DNA of 64,000 bases. Origin: Eledone cirrhosa (lineage: Eukaryota). A model generated the notes under the pieces. The model was given only the letters and a program-made list of their open reading frames with translations. It was not told the origin of the DNA and did no database searches. The position numbers were made by a program, and so were the translations under genes. The DNA is taken from assembly GCA_964016885.1 (NCBI GenBank), contig OZ024742.1, positions 208,382,001 to 208,446,000 of the forward strand, read 5' to 3'. Below, one piece after another: positions 62,342-64,000 of the stretch. Every line of letters begins with the position of its first letter. The stretch's first letter is position 1.

Positions 62342-64000
62342 CTAGGGGGTGTAGAGAGGAGGGGAACGGTCGAAGGATAAATGAAGAAGGGTGGGGAAGT
62401 TCAAGCCGGGGAGGGGTATCTGTAGGGTGAAGATGGTGTGTTGTTCGTCCCTAAGTCGGGTTGCGTGGTTCCCATAGCATTCAATCAGGCCACAGACGGT
62501 GAGGTTGCTGGCGGAGTGTCCAGCGGAACCAAAGTGTGGGGCGATGAGGGAACTACTGCCGGGACGAATGTCTCGGAGATGCTCCGTGAACCGATTTACC
62601 AGGCGACGTCCGGTCTTCCCGACATAGGTTGAGACTGCACTACATGCAGCGATGTCCATGGATGAGGCTGGAGGAGGTGCAGCCGAAGACATGCCGAACA
62701 GAGAGAGAGAGAGAGAGGCCATTGGGACCCAGGAAGGTGGTGGTGTTGGGTATCTGGGGGCAGGTGTGACAGCGGGGTCTAGAGCAGGCAAGGGAACCGG
62801 GGGAGGAATGTGGGTTGGGGGTTGGGAGCTGCGGACGAGGAGGTTGCGCGCGCGTTTGCACGAGGGGGGGGGGACTAGAGGCGGAGGATATTTCAGTGAA
62901 GGTGTAGGGTGGTAGGTGGTAGGTGAGAGGTTAGGGGTGTCGGTTGGTGGGGTCTTGGGGCGTGGGGTGAGGGTGGTGCAGCGGCGGACTGTGCGGCCGC
63001 GGGTGAGGGCGGTGGGGACAAGGGAGAGGGGTAATCTCTCCGGGTGAAATGGCTGACCAGTGAAAGAGCCTGTGTCTCGAAGTCACCATCTCGGCTGCAG
63101 TAGCAGCGGATCCGGAGGAGTTGGGAGTAGGGAATAGAGTGTTTGGTGGTTGTAGGGTGAGAGGATGTGAAGTAGAGGTAGGAGTGGGAGGCGGTGGGTT
63201 TTAAGAAGGCGGACGTGATGAGAGAATGTTGGGAGGGGTAAATGGCGACGGAGATGTCCAAGAAGTGGGCGAGGGTGGTGAAGATACAGGTTTTGAAGTG
63301 GCGGGAGGGGTGGAAGGAGCAGAAGAAAGAGAGAAAGGAGTCGAGCTATTCTCGGGTGAGGGTCGTTTCCGATGCAGTTATCAATGTAACGACTGTACAG
63401 TTCGGGCGTGGAGCCGGTGTATTAAGCAAGGATTTGTGCCTCAACTTGGCCGACGAAAACGTTGGCATAGTTGGGGCCCATTCGTGTCTCCATGGCTACC
63501 CCAGTGACCTGCTGGTAAAATTCACTCGAGAAGGAGAAGCAGTTAAGGGTGAGGACCAGATCGGTGAGGCGAAGGAGGATGGGGAGGGGCGAAGGTCGAG
63601 GTAGTGCCGGAGGGCGCGTAGACCATCAGCAAGGTGGACGACGGTGTAAAGGGACTTAATGTCTAGGGTGAAGAGGAGAGTGTGTGCGCCGGGTGGCAAC
63701 GTGAGAGAGTCAAAAAGGTGAAGGGCGTGGTTGGTGTCCGAGGTGTGGGAATAGGGGGCAGTGACAAGGGGGCGAGGATGGAGTCGAGAATGCGGAGATG
63801 AGTTCAGTGGGGAAGTTGCAGGCGGAGACGATGGGGCGGCCTGGGTTGTCGGGTTTGTGGATCTTGGGAAGGAAGTAGATTGTGGGGATGAAGTGGGTAC
63901 AACGAAGAGCTGGGAGGCAGAGGGAGGGGAGGACAGATGTGTTGGATGGTGGAAGAGACTTGTTGTTGGTACAGGGGTGGGGTCGAAGGTAGGGGGCAGT
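62342..64000 (-). pseudogene. PLE RT and GIY-YIG endonuclease, frameshifted
   Basis: LFTLDIKSLYT, GVAMETRMGPNYA, RYIDN (YIDD decayed), FLDISV, KPT..YL...SSHP..SIPYSQLLRIR, CSRPRCHTC, YVGKTGRRL..RFTEH, EQ..IF.L. Confidence 0.9.

Larger units (their letters stand above)
60897..64000 (-). mobile_element. Neptune-like PLE (RT, Cys linker, GIY-YIG, long UTR, pLTR), runs off the window
   Basis: See ORF remnant; strong strand asymmetry; HHR core near the 3' end. Confidence 0.85.

Overview
AT-rich eukaryotic repeat-dense DNA. The tRNA-derived SINEs resemble those of octopods, so a cephalopod host is likely (inference). No intact host gene is evident, and the long YIYI ORFs are artefacts of (TA)n arrays. 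The window holds Naiad-type and Neptune-type Penelope-like elements (PLEs), a near full-length Tx1/L1-clade LINE in (AAT)n, two RTE LINE remnants, a decayed Rep/PIF1 Helitron with non-autonomous derivatives, SINEs and a ~4-4.8 kb tandem duplication. The main unannotated signal is more than 20 type I hammerhead ribozyme (HHR) motifs from about ten distinct pLTR families. Many sit in 120-600 bp fold-back (palindromic) mini-inserts within TA arrays. They share a 3' tail signature and show recurrent non-canonical core features. All folds were read by eye and none has been tested.
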